Of a stretch of 64,000 nucleotides of DNA, positions 1 to 8,961 are shown piece after piece. The notes under the pieces were generated by a model that worked only from the letters and a program-made list of their open reading frames with translations, ran no database searches and had not been told where the DNA came from. Each line of letters starts with the position of its first letter. The stretch's first letter is position 1. Position numbers and translations under genes: made by a program. This DNA comes from Cyanobacteria bacterium P01_A01_bin.123 (GTDB lineage: Bacteria; Cyanobacteriota; Cyanobacteriia; Phormidesmidales; Phormidesmidaceae), in the NCBI GenBank assembly GCA_039815185.1, contig JBCBZT010000016.1:1-64000 (forward strand), read 5' to 3'.

Positions 1-62
1 AGCAGCATGAGTTTCAGACAATAGCCATTTATTAAAGAAGGGTTAGGCGTTGACGTTAGCCT

Positions 63-1019
63 ATGGATACTCAAGGATATATCGCGGCAAGAAACGATCT
101 GATGAATCGGCTTGAGGCGTTTAACCAATACCGTTCACTCCTGTTTGCGATCGCCTATCGCATGCTCGGTAGCATCATGGATGCCGAAGACATGGTGCAG
201 GACACCTTCCTCCGCTGGCAGCAAACGTCTGACCCAACCGTTAGATCTACCAAAGCCTATCTCACCACGATCGTCACCCGTTTGTGTATTGATCGCCTAC
301 GTTCAGCCCGTGTCCAGCGAGAACAATATGTCGGCCCCTGGCTTCCCGAACCCGTTGTTACTGAACAATCGACTGACCCGATCACTACAGTCGAGTTGGC
401 CGATTCTTTGACGATGGCGTTTCTAGTCTTGCTAGAGCGATTATCGCCATTGGAACGGGCTGTCTTTTTGCTGCGGGAAGCCTTTGACTACGATTACAAA
501 GAAATTGGTCAGATCGTCGAAAAAAATACGGCAAATTGTCGGCAAATTGCGCGACGGGCGCGTCAGCATCTAGCCGATCAGCGCCCCCGTTTTCAAACCT
601 CACGCCAACAGCAAGAACAGCTCACCCAAAAATTTATGCTGGCTTGTCAAAAAGGTGATTTACACGGCCTACTCAACCTGCTCGCAGAAGACATTACCCT
701 ATGGTCTGACGGCGGGGGGCAAGTTGTGGCCTTGCTTAAGCCGCTACAAGGTGCTGCTAAGGTAGCAGGCTTCTTACGCGCAATCTACCGCCGCAACCAC
801 AAACAGGGTCTGATTTATGACGTTGAGCTTGCACAGGTTAATGGTCAACCCGGCATCCTCTATCGTCTCAACGGCAATACTGAAACTGTGGTCGCGGTTG
901 ATATTGCCGATAATCGAATTCAAGCGCTCTATTTTATGAGGAATCCAAACAAGATGAAACAAATTTTCTCAGAAGAGATTGCGGCAATGATCACTCAAAA
1001 TCCACACAATGATCAATAA
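63..1019 (+). CDS. ECF RNA polymerase sigma-70 factor, ECF41 type (C-terminal SnoaL-like extension)
   Basis: Sigma2 region (AYRMLGS..DAEDMVQD), GPWLPEP linker, sigma4 region (LSPLERAVFLLRE), DGGG and RNPNK motifs typical of ECF41; start may be the Met at ~102. Confidence 0.9.
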   Translation: MDTQGYIAARNDLMNRLEAFNQYRSLLFAIAYRMLGSIMDAEDMVQDTFLRWQQTSDPTVRSTKAYLTTIVTRLCIDRLRSARVQREQYVGPWLPEPVVTEQSTDPITTVELADSLTMAFLVLLERLSPLERAVFLLREAFDYDYKEIGQIVEKNTANCRQIARRARQHLADQRPRFQTSRQQQEQLTQKFMLACQKGDLHGLLNLLAEDITLWSDGGGQVVALLKPLQGAAKVAGFLRAIYRRNHKQGLIYDVELAQVNGQPGILYRLNGNTETVVAVDIADNRIQALYFMRNPNKMKQIFSEEIAAMITQNPHNDQ

Positions 1020-1024
1020 ATTCA

Positions 1025-1267
1025 CTAGTTATCTAGTTTTCTGTAGGCTCTAGCCGAAGTACTCAGCCAAATGAAGGCGGCAACAGTTAGCGGTAGCAGG
1101 CTAAAGAATGCCCCAGCAAATAAGGGATGCTCCCTGAGGGTAGGTAAAGCTGCGATCGCAAATATAACCAACCCGCAGTAAATTAACCCTGCGACAGGGA
1201 TAATCAATAGTAAACGGATCGCTTGCTCATCAGCATTAATCGCACTTTGGTCTTGTATTTTTGCCAC
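1025..1267 (-). CDS. small membrane protein (two hydrophobic helices)
   Basis: 80 aa, two hydrophobic segments, fills the gap convergent to the sigma factor; GTG start. Confidence 0.6.
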   Translation of the reverse strand: MAKIQDQSAINADEQAIRLLLIIPVAGLIYCGLVIFAIAALPTLREHPLFAGAFFSLLPLTVAAFIWLSTSARAYRKLDN

Positions 1268-1554
1268 AAATTAGAGTTCCTTCAACAAAACTTCTTCCCA
1301 TGCAGGGACATCATTTATCCTTGAGCCAAAGACTCAATCTCTCCATCGAATAGGGTTTTAACGTACCTATACAATTTTAGGCGCTGAACCCGTTACGTAA
1401 ACTAATACTAGTCGTAGAATTTATGCCTAACGAAAAGGATAGGAAGTGCTTTCAAGCCATGATAGCTGCACCCTAAATCTGGTAACTCCCTAGCAAAAAT
1501 AACAGTTCTACCTATAAACAAGATTTTTAATCCTTCAAAATGCTTCTTGCTTTA

Positions 1555-1594
1555 ATATGACTGGTCGTATTTTATTAGAATAAAACTACAGTCA
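1555..1594. promoter_or_regulatory. putative repressor operator (near-palindrome ATATGACTGGTCGTAT within a nested inverted repeat) upstream of the SDR-GT operon
   Basis: TGACTG...TTTTATT-AG-AATAAAA...CAGTCA; the core GACTGGTCGTA recurs upstream of cysK. Confidence 0.45.
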
Positions 1595-1639
1595 AGATCA
1601 TGATTTTTCCAAACAATACCCAAATCAGCGAGTGGCTAT

Positions 1640-2404
1640 ATGGCTAGTGTGCAAGAGAAGCGTACCGCGACCAAACCAATCTGCTTAATCACTGGGGTTG
1701 GCGAGGGCACAGGCAGCGCGATCGCCCGTCGATTTGTCCAAGGGGGATATCAGGTGGCGATGATTGCCCGCGATCGCGATCGCCTGCAAAAACTTGGGCA
1801 CGAAATGGCTGATGCTAAGGCTTACGTCTGCGATGTGGGTGACTTGGACGCGCTGCTGGTTACCCTCGATCGCATTTGTGTCGACATGGGCACGCCATCG
1901 GTTATGGTCCACAACGCCGTTAGCGCCACCTTTGGCACCTTTTTAGATGCTGACCCCGCCGCTTTAGAGCGAAACTTTCGGGTCAATACCACCGCCTTGC
2001 TCTATCTCGCTCGCGCCTTAGCGCCCGCGATGATCAAAGCCAAACAGGGTGCCATTGTCGTCACAGGCAATACTGCTGCTTTAAGAGGCATCCCCACCTA
2101 CGCCCTATTTGCACCCACCAAAGCAGCACAGCGGATTTTGTCTCAATCCCTAGCCCGTGAGTTGGGGCCAAAGGGAATCCATGTTGCTTACGTTACGATC
2201 GATGCAGCGATCGCAACACCCTGGTCACGCAACCAGCCGGTTCAGGGCCTCAACACTGAACCGTTGAATCAGCATCAAAGTCTAGCTGAGGGTTTTTTCA
2301 GTCAACCAATCGATATTGCAGCAGAAATATTTCACATCGTCCATCAACCGCCCTCAGCATGGTCTTTTGACGTAGAGATTCGTCCTTTTAGCGAAAAGTG
2401 GTAG
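1640..2404 (+). CDS. SDR family NAD(P)-dependent oxidoreductase
   Basis: TGVGEGTG Rossmann motif, HNA, GNTAALRG, K..QR.L.QSLARELGPKGIHVAY. Confidence 0.9.
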   Translation: MASVQEKRTATKPICLITGVGEGTGSAIARRFVQGGYQVAMIARDRDRLQKLGHEMADAKAYVCDVGDLDALLVTLDRICVDMGTPSVMVHNAVSATFGTFLDADPAALERNFRVNTTALLYLARALAPAMIKAKQGAIVVTGNTAALRGIPTYALFAPTKAAQRILSQSLARELGPKGIHVAYVTIDAAIATPWSRNQPVQGLNTEPLNQHQSLAEGFFSQPIDIAAEIFHIVHQPPSAWSFDVEIRPFSEKW

Positions 2405-2411
2405 GCAAACC

Positions 2412-3686
2412 ATGCATATCTTCATTCTTACCCTCGGTTCACGGGGTGATGTTCAACCCTATGTTGCCTTGGGCAAAGGTTTAAAAAACGCAAGCCATCA
2501 GGTCACCCTATGCACCAGTGCCCGATTTGAATCCTTCATTACCGCCCATGGTTTGAATTATGGCTACATGAACGATGAAATGATGGCGCTGATGGATTCA
2601 GCACAGGGTCGGGATTTGATGGAAAATACGACTAACCTCTGGGAAATCATCAAAGCCACGCGCAAAATGTCCCAACAAGTGGCACCGATGCAGCATAGGA
2701 TGCTCCAAGACAGTTGGAAGGCAGCTGAAGCAGCAAATCCTGATTTGATCATCTTTCATCCCAAAGCCTATGGGGGGCCTCATTTTGCTGAAAAGCTAGG
2801 CATCCCCGTTATTATGGCAGTTCCCCTACCCATGCTGGTCCCCACAGCAGAACACCCAAACGTGGGTTTCCCGGCTTTGCCGCTCGGCGGGTGGTACAAC
2901 AAACTGACCTATCAGCTTGTCAATACCCTCATGACTTTCTCCGCTGGTAAACCCGTCAAAGCCTGGCGACAAGCCCATCATCTACCCCGCCAAGCAAGGT
3001 TTGATATTTTGCATACCCAGACTGGCAAGCAGATTCCGGTATTGCATTGCTATAGCCGACACGTTGCCCCTGAACCGAACGATTGGCCTGATGGGGTAGT
3101 GGCTATCGGCTACTGGTCTTTAAATCAACAGGATACTTGGCAACCCTCCAGCGAACTCCAAGATTTTTTGGCGGCAGGCAGCCCGCCTGTTTATGTCGGA
3201 TTTGGCAGTATGGCAGGGCGCAATCCGGAGCGGTTGACGCAAATCGTGATCGATGCCCTACAGCAGGCTGACGTCAGAGGCATTATTGCCACAGGTTGGG
3301 GCGGATTAACCATAGATGCTTTGCCAGAAAACATTTTCAAAATTGATCAGGCTTCCCACGATTGGCTATTCCCCAAGATGGCAGCAGTCGTTCACCATGG
3401 TGGGGCGGGCACCACTGCCGCAGGCCTACGAGCTGGCCGCCCGACGGTTATTTGTCCGTTCTTTGGCGATCAACCATTTTGGGGACAGCGGGTTCATGCG
3501 TTGGGGGTGGGGAGTAAACCCATTCCGCAAAAGAAATTGACGGTTGAGACGCTAGCGACAGCTATCCGAGAAGTCACCACAAATCCAAATATTCGGCAAA
3601 AAGCTGAGGTGCTTGGTGAAACGCTGCGTCAAGAAGAGGGGATCGAAAGGGCAATTGGGTTCATAGAATCCGTCGGAAAAACTTAA
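2412..3686 (+). CDS. GT1/GT28-type glycosyltransferase, sterol 3-beta-glucosyltransferase-like
   Basis: GSRGDVQP N-terminus, YVGFGSM, HHGGAGTTAAGLRAG, PFFGDQPFWG. Confidence 0.9.
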   Translation: MHIFILTLGSRGDVQPYVALGKGLKNASHQVTLCTSARFESFITAHGLNYGYMNDEMMALMDSAQGRDLMENTTNLWEIIKATRKMSQQVAPMQHRMLQDSWKAAEAANPDLIIFHPKAYGGPHFAEKLGIPVIMAVPLPMLVPTAEHPNVGFPALPLGGWYNKLTYQLVNTLMTFSAGKPVKAWRQAHHLPRQARFDILHTQTGKQIPVLHCYSRHVAPEPNDWPDGVVAIGYWSLNQQDTWQPSSELQDFLAAGSPPVYVGFGSMAGRNPERLTQIVIDALQQADVRGIIATGWGGLTIDALPENIFKIDQASHDWLFPKMAAVVHHGGAGTTAAGLRAGRPTVICPFFGDQPFWGQRVHALGVGSKPIPQKKLTVETLATAIREVTTNPNIRQKAEVLGETLRQEEGIERAIGFIESVGKT

Positions 3687-3761
3687 GCCGTGAAGATGGC
3701 TGCATCAAGCCATCAATAGCCTAGTAGATGCAACACCATGAGACATTGCAAATATTAAAAG

Positions 3762-3774
3762 ACGACTGGTCGTA
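3762..3774. promoter_or_regulatory. putative operator ACGACTGGTCGTA upstream of cysK
   Basis: Near-palindrome sharing the 11-nt core GACTGGTCGTA with the site at 1555-1570. Confidence 0.4.
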
Positions 3775-3899
3775 GAAAGTTTGAACAACCAAGTTAGAGC
3801 GCTACAAGAAGTGTAAGAACTCTTCATCTAGTCAAGAGCTTCATTTATTCATTAGTCAAGATTTATACAGATAAATACGAAGAATAAGGAGAAAAGTCC

Positions 3900-4922
3900 A
3901 TGCAAATTGCCAACGACATCACTCAACTCATCGGTCGAACGCCGCTGGTGCAGCTAAACCGTATTCCTCAATCAGAGGGGTGTGTCGCCCAAATCGTAGT
4001 CAAACTAGAAAGCATGAATCCAGCGGCTTCGGTGAAAGATCGTATCGGGGTCAGTATGATCCGTGCGGCTGAAAATGCTGGGATCATCACGCCAAGAAAA
4101 ACCGTGTTGGTAGAACCCACTTCTGGTAATACTGGCATTGCCCTAGCGATGGTTGCTGCCGCTAAGGGTTACCACATCATTCTGACTATGCCTGAAACCA
4201 TGAGTTTAGAGCGTCGCAAGATGCTCCAAGCTTATGGGGCAGAACTGGTTCTGACGCCGGGCGATCAGGGTATGAAGGGCGCGATCGCCAAAGCCCAAGA
4301 AATTGCAGCCCAGCTTCCTAATGCCTTTATGCCCCAACAGTTTGATAACCCTGCCAATCCCCAAATCCATCGGGAAACCACCGCAGAAGAGATTTGGGCT
4401 GATACCGACGGTCAGGTAGACATGGTAGTCGCTGGGGTTGGTACGGGGGGGACCATCACGGGCATTGCGGAGGGATTAAAAGCCCGAAAAGCGAGTTTTC
4501 AAGCGATTGCAGTGGAGCCAGAAAATAGCCCGGTACTTTCTGGTGGCCGTGCGGGTCCCCACAAAATTCAGGGCATTGGCGCGGGCTTTGTACCCTCAGT
4601 CCTGCGCGTTGATTTGATTGACCAAATCATTCAAGTGTCTGATGATTCTGCTATTGCCTTTAGCCGTCGTTTGGCTCGAGAAGAGGGATTACTCTCTGGC
4701 ATCTCGTCTGGAGCTGCTGTGGCTGCGGCTGTGCAAATGGGTCAACGTCCTGAAAATGCTGACAAATTAATTGTCGTCATCCAGCCCAGCTTTGGTGAGC
4801 GCTACCTCAGTACTGTGCTCTTCAAAGACTGGGAGTCCATTGACCCGGTTCTGCTTCCCAATGCTATACCCTCGGACTATCAAACTCCCTTGCCGGTTAC
4901 TCATCCCTTACCTAAACGCTAA
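3900..4922 (+). CDS. cysK: cysteine synthase A (O-acetylserine sulfhydrylase)
   Basis: NPAASVKDR (PLP lysine), [36 protein letters not shown] ribosome-binding site upstream. Confidence 0.97.
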   Translation: MQIANDITQLIGRTPLVQLNRIPQSEGCVAQIVVKLESMNPAASVKDRIGVSMIRAAENAGIITPRKTVLVEPTSGNTGIALAMVAAAKGYHIILTMPETMSLERRKMLQAYGAELVLTPGDQGMKGAIAKAQEIAAQLPNAFMPQQFDNPANPQIHRETTAEEIWADTDGQVDMVVAGVGTGGTITGIAEGLKARKASFQAIAVEPENSPVLSGGRAGPHKIQGIGAGFVPSVLRVDLIDQIIQVSDDSAIAFSRRLAREEGLLSGISSGAAVAAAVQMGQRPENADKLIVVIQPSFGERYLSTVLFKDWESIDPVLLPNAIPSDYQTPLPVTHPLPKR

Positions 4923-5040
4923 TGCTGGGCTAGCCCCTCGGTCTTCTTTGAACCTTCACAGTATGCATCCGAAAACCCCACAGACATACTTGAAGGAAAA
5001 ACTAAGCAGATAGCCCACTTTGACTATCAAGTGAGTAACT

Positions 5041-5526
5041 ATGATCCTATCTCGTATTTCTCAATCCATTGCGATCGCCACTGTTGCCAGTCTGCCGATG
5101 GCAATGTTGGGAACCTCTGCAGCCCTTGCAGAAGAGGTTGTTGCGTTCAAATCTCATATTTCTCGCGCCGTTGCGATCGCCACCGTTGCCGATCTGCCCA
5201 CAAATCTGTTAGCTACCTCTACAGCTCTTGTCGACGCTAAAGCTGCCAAAACCCAGACAGAAGACTCAGTATTTATCATGATCAACAATACTAGTGTTGA
5301 CATGCTCGAATTCTACGCCTCTCCTTCGGATGTCGATACTTGGGAAGAAGACATCTTCGAGGGTTATGTTCTAAGTGCTCAAGGGGGCAAGGTAGAAGTG
5401 ACTATCGAAGATGATGGTCGGGGTTGTATATACGACTTCTTGGCAATCTTTGCTGATGGTGATGAAGTCGATGAGGAGCAGATTAATATCTGTGAAACAA
5501 CAGAATATACCTATGCTGAATATTGA
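5041..5526 (+). CDS. exported acidic protein with a duplicated signal-peptide-like N-terminus
   Basis: Hydrophobic N-terminus ending ALA; D/E-rich domain (YASPSD..TWEEDI, C.YD, NIC) with two Cys. Confidence 0.7.
   Translation: MILSRISQSIAIATVASLPMAMLGTSAALAEEVVAFKSHISRAVAIATVADLPTNLLATSTALVDAKAAKTQTEDSVFIMINNTSVDMLEFYASPSDVDTWEEDIFEGYVLSAQGGKVEVTIEDDGRGCIYDFLAIFADGDEVDEEQINICETTEYTYAEY
5049..5232 (+). repeat. imperfect direct repeat with 102-bp period inside the exported-protein gene, each copy holding a HIP1 site
   Basis: atctcgtatttctc..gcgatcgccactgttgcc at 5049 vs atctcatatttctc..gcgatcgccaccgttgcc at 5151; HIP1 at 5071 and 5173. Confidence 0.85.
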
Positions 5527-5554
5527 TTTAGTAACTGGCTATTAAACGCGTCAA

Positions 5555-5603
5555 ATATTTCCCCTGCGGTTTCCGCTTAAGAGCGATGCCATAGGGGAAA
5601 TAT
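5555..5603. other. intergenic stem-loop (11-bp inverted repeat), possible terminator or RNA-stability element
   Basis: ATATTTCCCCT (5555-5565) and AGGGGAAATAT (5593-5603); no clear U-tract. Confidence 0.4.
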
Positions 5604-5641
5604 CATTAAAATTACGGGGCATTCCTCAGAAGTTATGGGTC

Positions 5642-6148
5642 ATGATTACGCTGCGAGATTATGAGAAATCAGACGTTGAGAGATTAGTAGCTCTGGCCAA
5701 TAACCAGCATGTGTCGCGGTATTTAATTGACACATTCCCCTATCCCTACACGTTGCAAGATGCAGAGTGGTGGATTGAGATTGGTGCAAGGGCAAATAAT
5801 GCAGTCACCAAAGTTATCCAGTACAACGGAGAATTTGTTGGCAGCGTCGGCATTGCCCCGCAAGTCGGCTGGAAGCGTCACGTAGCAGAGATTGGCTATT
5901 GGATCGGTGAAGCTTATTGGGGGCAAGGTATTACAACCGACGCTTTGAGTCTCATGACTGACTATGCCACGTCGCAACTCAACTGTAAAAAGCTATTTGC
6001 ACCCGTACTTGGGCCAAATCAAGCATCCATGCGAGTGCTTGAAAAATGCGGTTACGAACTTGAAGGTATTTTGAAATCCGAAGTCTTCAAAGACGGCAAC
6101 TATTTCGATTTGCATCACTATGCGTGGTTCCCAGCCTTGCTGCTGTAG
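5642..6148 (+). CDS. GNAT N-acetyltransferase, RimJ/RimL family
   Basis: EIGYWIGEAYWGQGI, N.ASMRVLEKCGY..EG. Confidence 0.92.
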   Translation: MITLRDYEKSDVERLVALANNQHVSRYLIDTFPYPYTLQDAEWWIEIGARANNAVTKVIQYNGEFVGSVGIAPQVGWKRHVAEIGYWIGEAYWGQGITTDALSLMTDYATSQLNCKKLFAPVLGPNQASMRVLEKCGYELEGILKSEVFKDGNYFDLHHYAWFPALLL

Positions 6149-6151
6149 CTC

Positions 6152-6286
6152 TTTTTTATTCCTGGGCGAGGTTTAGTTGCTGTCCGGCGGCATATAATCC
6201 TGCCAAGCTTAACCAGCCTTTTTTTATTCCTGGGCTAGGTTTAGTTGCTGTCCTGCAGCATATAATCCTGCTAAGCTTAACCAGCC
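6152..6286. repeat. 67-bp tandem direct repeat duplicating the last 20 codons plus stop of the ligase gene
   Basis: Copies at 6152-6218 and 6220-6286, period 68, 4 mismatches. Confidence 0.95.
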
Positions 6287-7504
6287 CAAGATGTTAATTC
6301 GAGCGTCGAAGATGGGTACGTCAAACAAGCAGAACAGACAAATCCCTAGAAAAGCAAGACCATAACCAATAAAGACGCCGTTCCCAGCGATCGCTTTTAT
6401 CGGCTGAATTATCCCTCGCACCCCGCGATAGCATAGACGACCAATAATGCCCGTGAAAGCTAGGGTAGTCGGTAGGCCTGCTTCTGCCGCCAGAGTAATC
6501 CAAAAATTATGGGCATGGTTGATGTTGGCATAATTAGGAACGCTGTCAGGCACGTACATGAGTTTATAGCTGCCCAACCCCCAACCTGATAAGGGACGCT
6601 GCTGCATATAGTCCCAGGCAAACTGCCAAACCAGAACACGGGGATCGTGGGTGAAAATCCCCAAACTGACGGTGCGTCCACCAATGCCCATCACCCCAAC
6701 GACCAAGACCAAGGTGATGACACTGCCTAGGCCTGCAATCGCGACAAACCTGTGGCGACGGGCAATTAAGCCAAAGCACACGATCTGAATCGCCACAATT
6801 AAAATGCCGTTTCGAGACCCGGCAAAGAAAATTCCTGCCAAGACCAAAGCCAGGGCAGCCCCGATACCGAGCCACTCCCTCCGAGTACCCAAAGGCTGCC
6901 CAGAACGGTGCTGATTCAGGCGATGGAGCACAAGGCCTAACACCAGGCCAAACACCATGATCAAAAAGCAAGCCATGATGTTGGGATGGTGGAACATCAT
7001 ATAGGCTCGATGTCCGTAGTGGCGTTGGTAAAAGTCTTGCCAGCGATCGCTTTGCGCAAGCTTTGCCATCATTGCCGGGCTGCGTAACCAATATTCAACC
7101 CCCGCCAACAGATTAATGGGCACCGTTGCCAACAATAACCCCATAGCCCAACGATCCAGCGTGACTACGGGCGATTTTGCCTCACCCAAAAACACGCAGA
7201 AGGTAGTAAATAGGACAAAAAACGGTAAAAAGTTAGCCAGTTGCAGCAGTGCCTCACCACGGAAGCTCGCCCACACGGCGTTGAAACTTAGCAGCACCGC
7301 TAGCAGCACAAATCCTTGATGCCACAACTGCGATCGCACCGCCGGGCCATTACGATAAATGACCAACCCCATAAACAGCGTTAGTCCTGCCAGCCCTAAA
7401 TAAATCACATAGGGCAACAGCACCAAACTGACCAAAACCAACCCGCTCAAAAAGCGGTATTGGTTAGCCAGTGTCAGAATTGAAAAAGATTTAGTATGCG
7501 CCAT
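6224..7504 (-). CDS. O-antigen ligase / oligosaccharyltransferase family membrane protein (Wzy_C)
   Basis: Multi-TM protein; F.HPN, GSRNG, R...W, P..GWGLG, HAHN..L..AE.G motifs. Confidence 0.85.
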   Translation of the reverse strand: MAHTKSFSILTLANQYRFLSGLVLVSLVLLPYVIYLGLAGLTLFMGLVIYRNGPAVRSQLWHQGFVLLAVLLSFNAVWASFRGEALLQLANFLPFFVLFTTFCVFLGEAKSPVVTLDRWAMGLLLATVPINLLAGVEYWLRSPAMMAKLAQSDRWQDFYQRHYGHRAYMMFHHPNIMACFLIMVFGLVLGLVLHRLNQHRSGQPLGTRREWLGIGAALALVLAGIFFAGSRNGILIVAIQIVCFGLIARRHRFVAIAGLGSVITLVLVVGVMGIGGRTVSLGIFTHDPRVLVWQFAWDYMQQRPLSGWGLGSYKLMYVPDSVPNYANINHAHNFWITLAAEAGLPTTLAFTGIIGRLCYRGVRGIIQPIKAIAGNGVFIGYGLAFLGICLFCLFDVPIFDARINILGWLSLAGLYAAGQQLNLAQE

Positions 7505-8933
7505 CTCCCATCACTACGACCCAAACTGTACGCATCAGGATGTAAAGGTCGAGCCAGATAGACCAGTTTCGCACATAGTAAGCATCCAGATTCACTCGCT
7601 CACCATAGCTCACATCGCTACGCCCGGACACTTGCCACAACCCTGTAATCCCTGGCAGTACCTGCAAATACAGGTCAAATTTCTCTTCGTAACGCCAAAC
7701 TTCGTCATCCACAATCGGGCGCGGGCCCACTAAACTCATCTGACGCCTTAAAACATTCCAAAGCTGCGGCAATTCATCTAGGCTAGTGCGCCTTAAAAAG
7801 CGGCCAATCCGAGTCACCCGAGGATCTTGTTTGAGCTTGTGATCCCTCACCCAGGTTTCCCATTGATCGGGATTATCCTTCAAATAACGCAGTAAGACCT
7901 GATCACTATTACCGCGCATTGAACGGAACTTCCAAGCCTTAAAGTACCGACCATTACGGCCAATTCGGGTCTGCCCGTAGAAAATAGGGCCTGGCGAATC
8001 AAGTTTGACGATCAATGCAATCAGGGCAATCAAAGGCAACAGCACAATGCCTAACACCACTGTCAAGCCGTAATCAATCAGCGTCTTGACCAACCTCGGC
8101 CCCGGCAACAATAGCTGTTGTCGAATCTCTAACCCTAAAATACCGCCCAAATCCCGCGCGGCTATCCATAAACTGGCCATGCCAAACAAATCGGGAATAA
8201 TCAGCATGTGGTGAAAGGTTTGGCCGTAACGCCCCAGCAGCTTCAACAGCTTTTCGCGGGGAACACCAGGCATTGCCGCGATCGCATAGGGAATGTATTG
8301 CTCCTGGGCAATTGTGGGTGCCATCGCTAAACCTCCTAGCACCGGCACCCCCTCTACGTTCCCCTGCTTTTTAGGATCATCATCCAAAATGGCGACAGGT
8401 TTCAAACCCAACCCAGGTTTTCGGTGCAGCATCCGAATCACCATATGCCCGGTCTTTCCAGCCCCTAGCACCAGCACTGGGTAGCCCCACCACTGTCGTC
8501 GTTCAAAACATCGTCTCAAGATCAACCGAGTGATTAACACCGCAAAAATTGAGAACCCCCAAGCCATGAGGAAGATGCCCCGAGAATAGGCTTCTCCTTC
8601 CTTGAACAAAAAAATTGCGGCAGAGAGACACAGATAAATTAAGGTTGTCGTTAAACAAGTGCGCCGCAGTTCATCCACAGGGCTAATCAAAACACCCGGA
8701 TATAATCCTGCAATGCTATAAGCCAGAATAAATATTCCTAAGATCGGCCACAACGACCAATAAATAATAGGGTCAAATTGCCCGTTCAGCAGTAGCCGAA
8801 TTTTGACGCTGAGAAAATTTGCCCCAGTCAGCGCTAAACTATCCCCCGCGACAATGAGTGCCAGGGTCGGCCAAGGGCGAGTCAAAATCCTGAGTTTTGA
8901 CACCGTCGGTTGAATGGCCTGGTAGATGGACAT
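7491..8933 (-). CDS. wbaP: undecaprenyl-phosphate galactose (hexose) phosphotransferase
   Basis: N-terminal TMs, CoA-binding-like domain, KFRSM, DPRVTRIGRFLRRTSLDELPQL, SLVGPRP, PGITGLWQVSGR. Confidence 0.93.
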   Translation of the reverse strand: MSIYQAIQPTVSKLRILTRPWPTLALIVAGDSLALTGANFLSVKIRLLLNGQFDPIIYWSLWPILGIFILAYSIAGLYPGVLISPVDELRRTCLTTTLIYLCLSAAIFLFKEGEAYSRGIFLMAWGFSIFAVLITRLILRRCFERRQWWGYPVLVLGAGKTGHMVIRMLHRKPGLGLKPVAILDDDPKKQGNVEGVPVLGGLAMAPTIAQEQYIPYAIAAMPGVPREKLLKLLGRYGQTFHHMLIIPDLFGMASLWIAARDLGGILGLEIRQQLLLPGPRLVKTLIDYGLTVVLGIVLLPLIALIALIVKLDSPGPIFYGQTRIGRNGRYFKAWKFRSMRGNSDQVLLRYLKDNPDQWETWVRDHKLKQDPRVTRIGRFLRRTSLDELPQLWNVLRRQMSLVGPRPIVDDEVWRYEEKFDLYLQVLPGITGLWQVSGRSDVSYGERVNLDAYYVRNWSIWLDLYILMRTVWVVVMGDGAY

Positions 8934-8961
8934 AGCTACTCAATCTGCATGGGTTTTACCG

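Noticed and set aside
6152..6286. Diversity-generating retroelement VR/TR pair
   Set aside because: No reverse transcriptase in the window, the mismatches are all synonymous, and the downstream copy has no adenines at the variable positions
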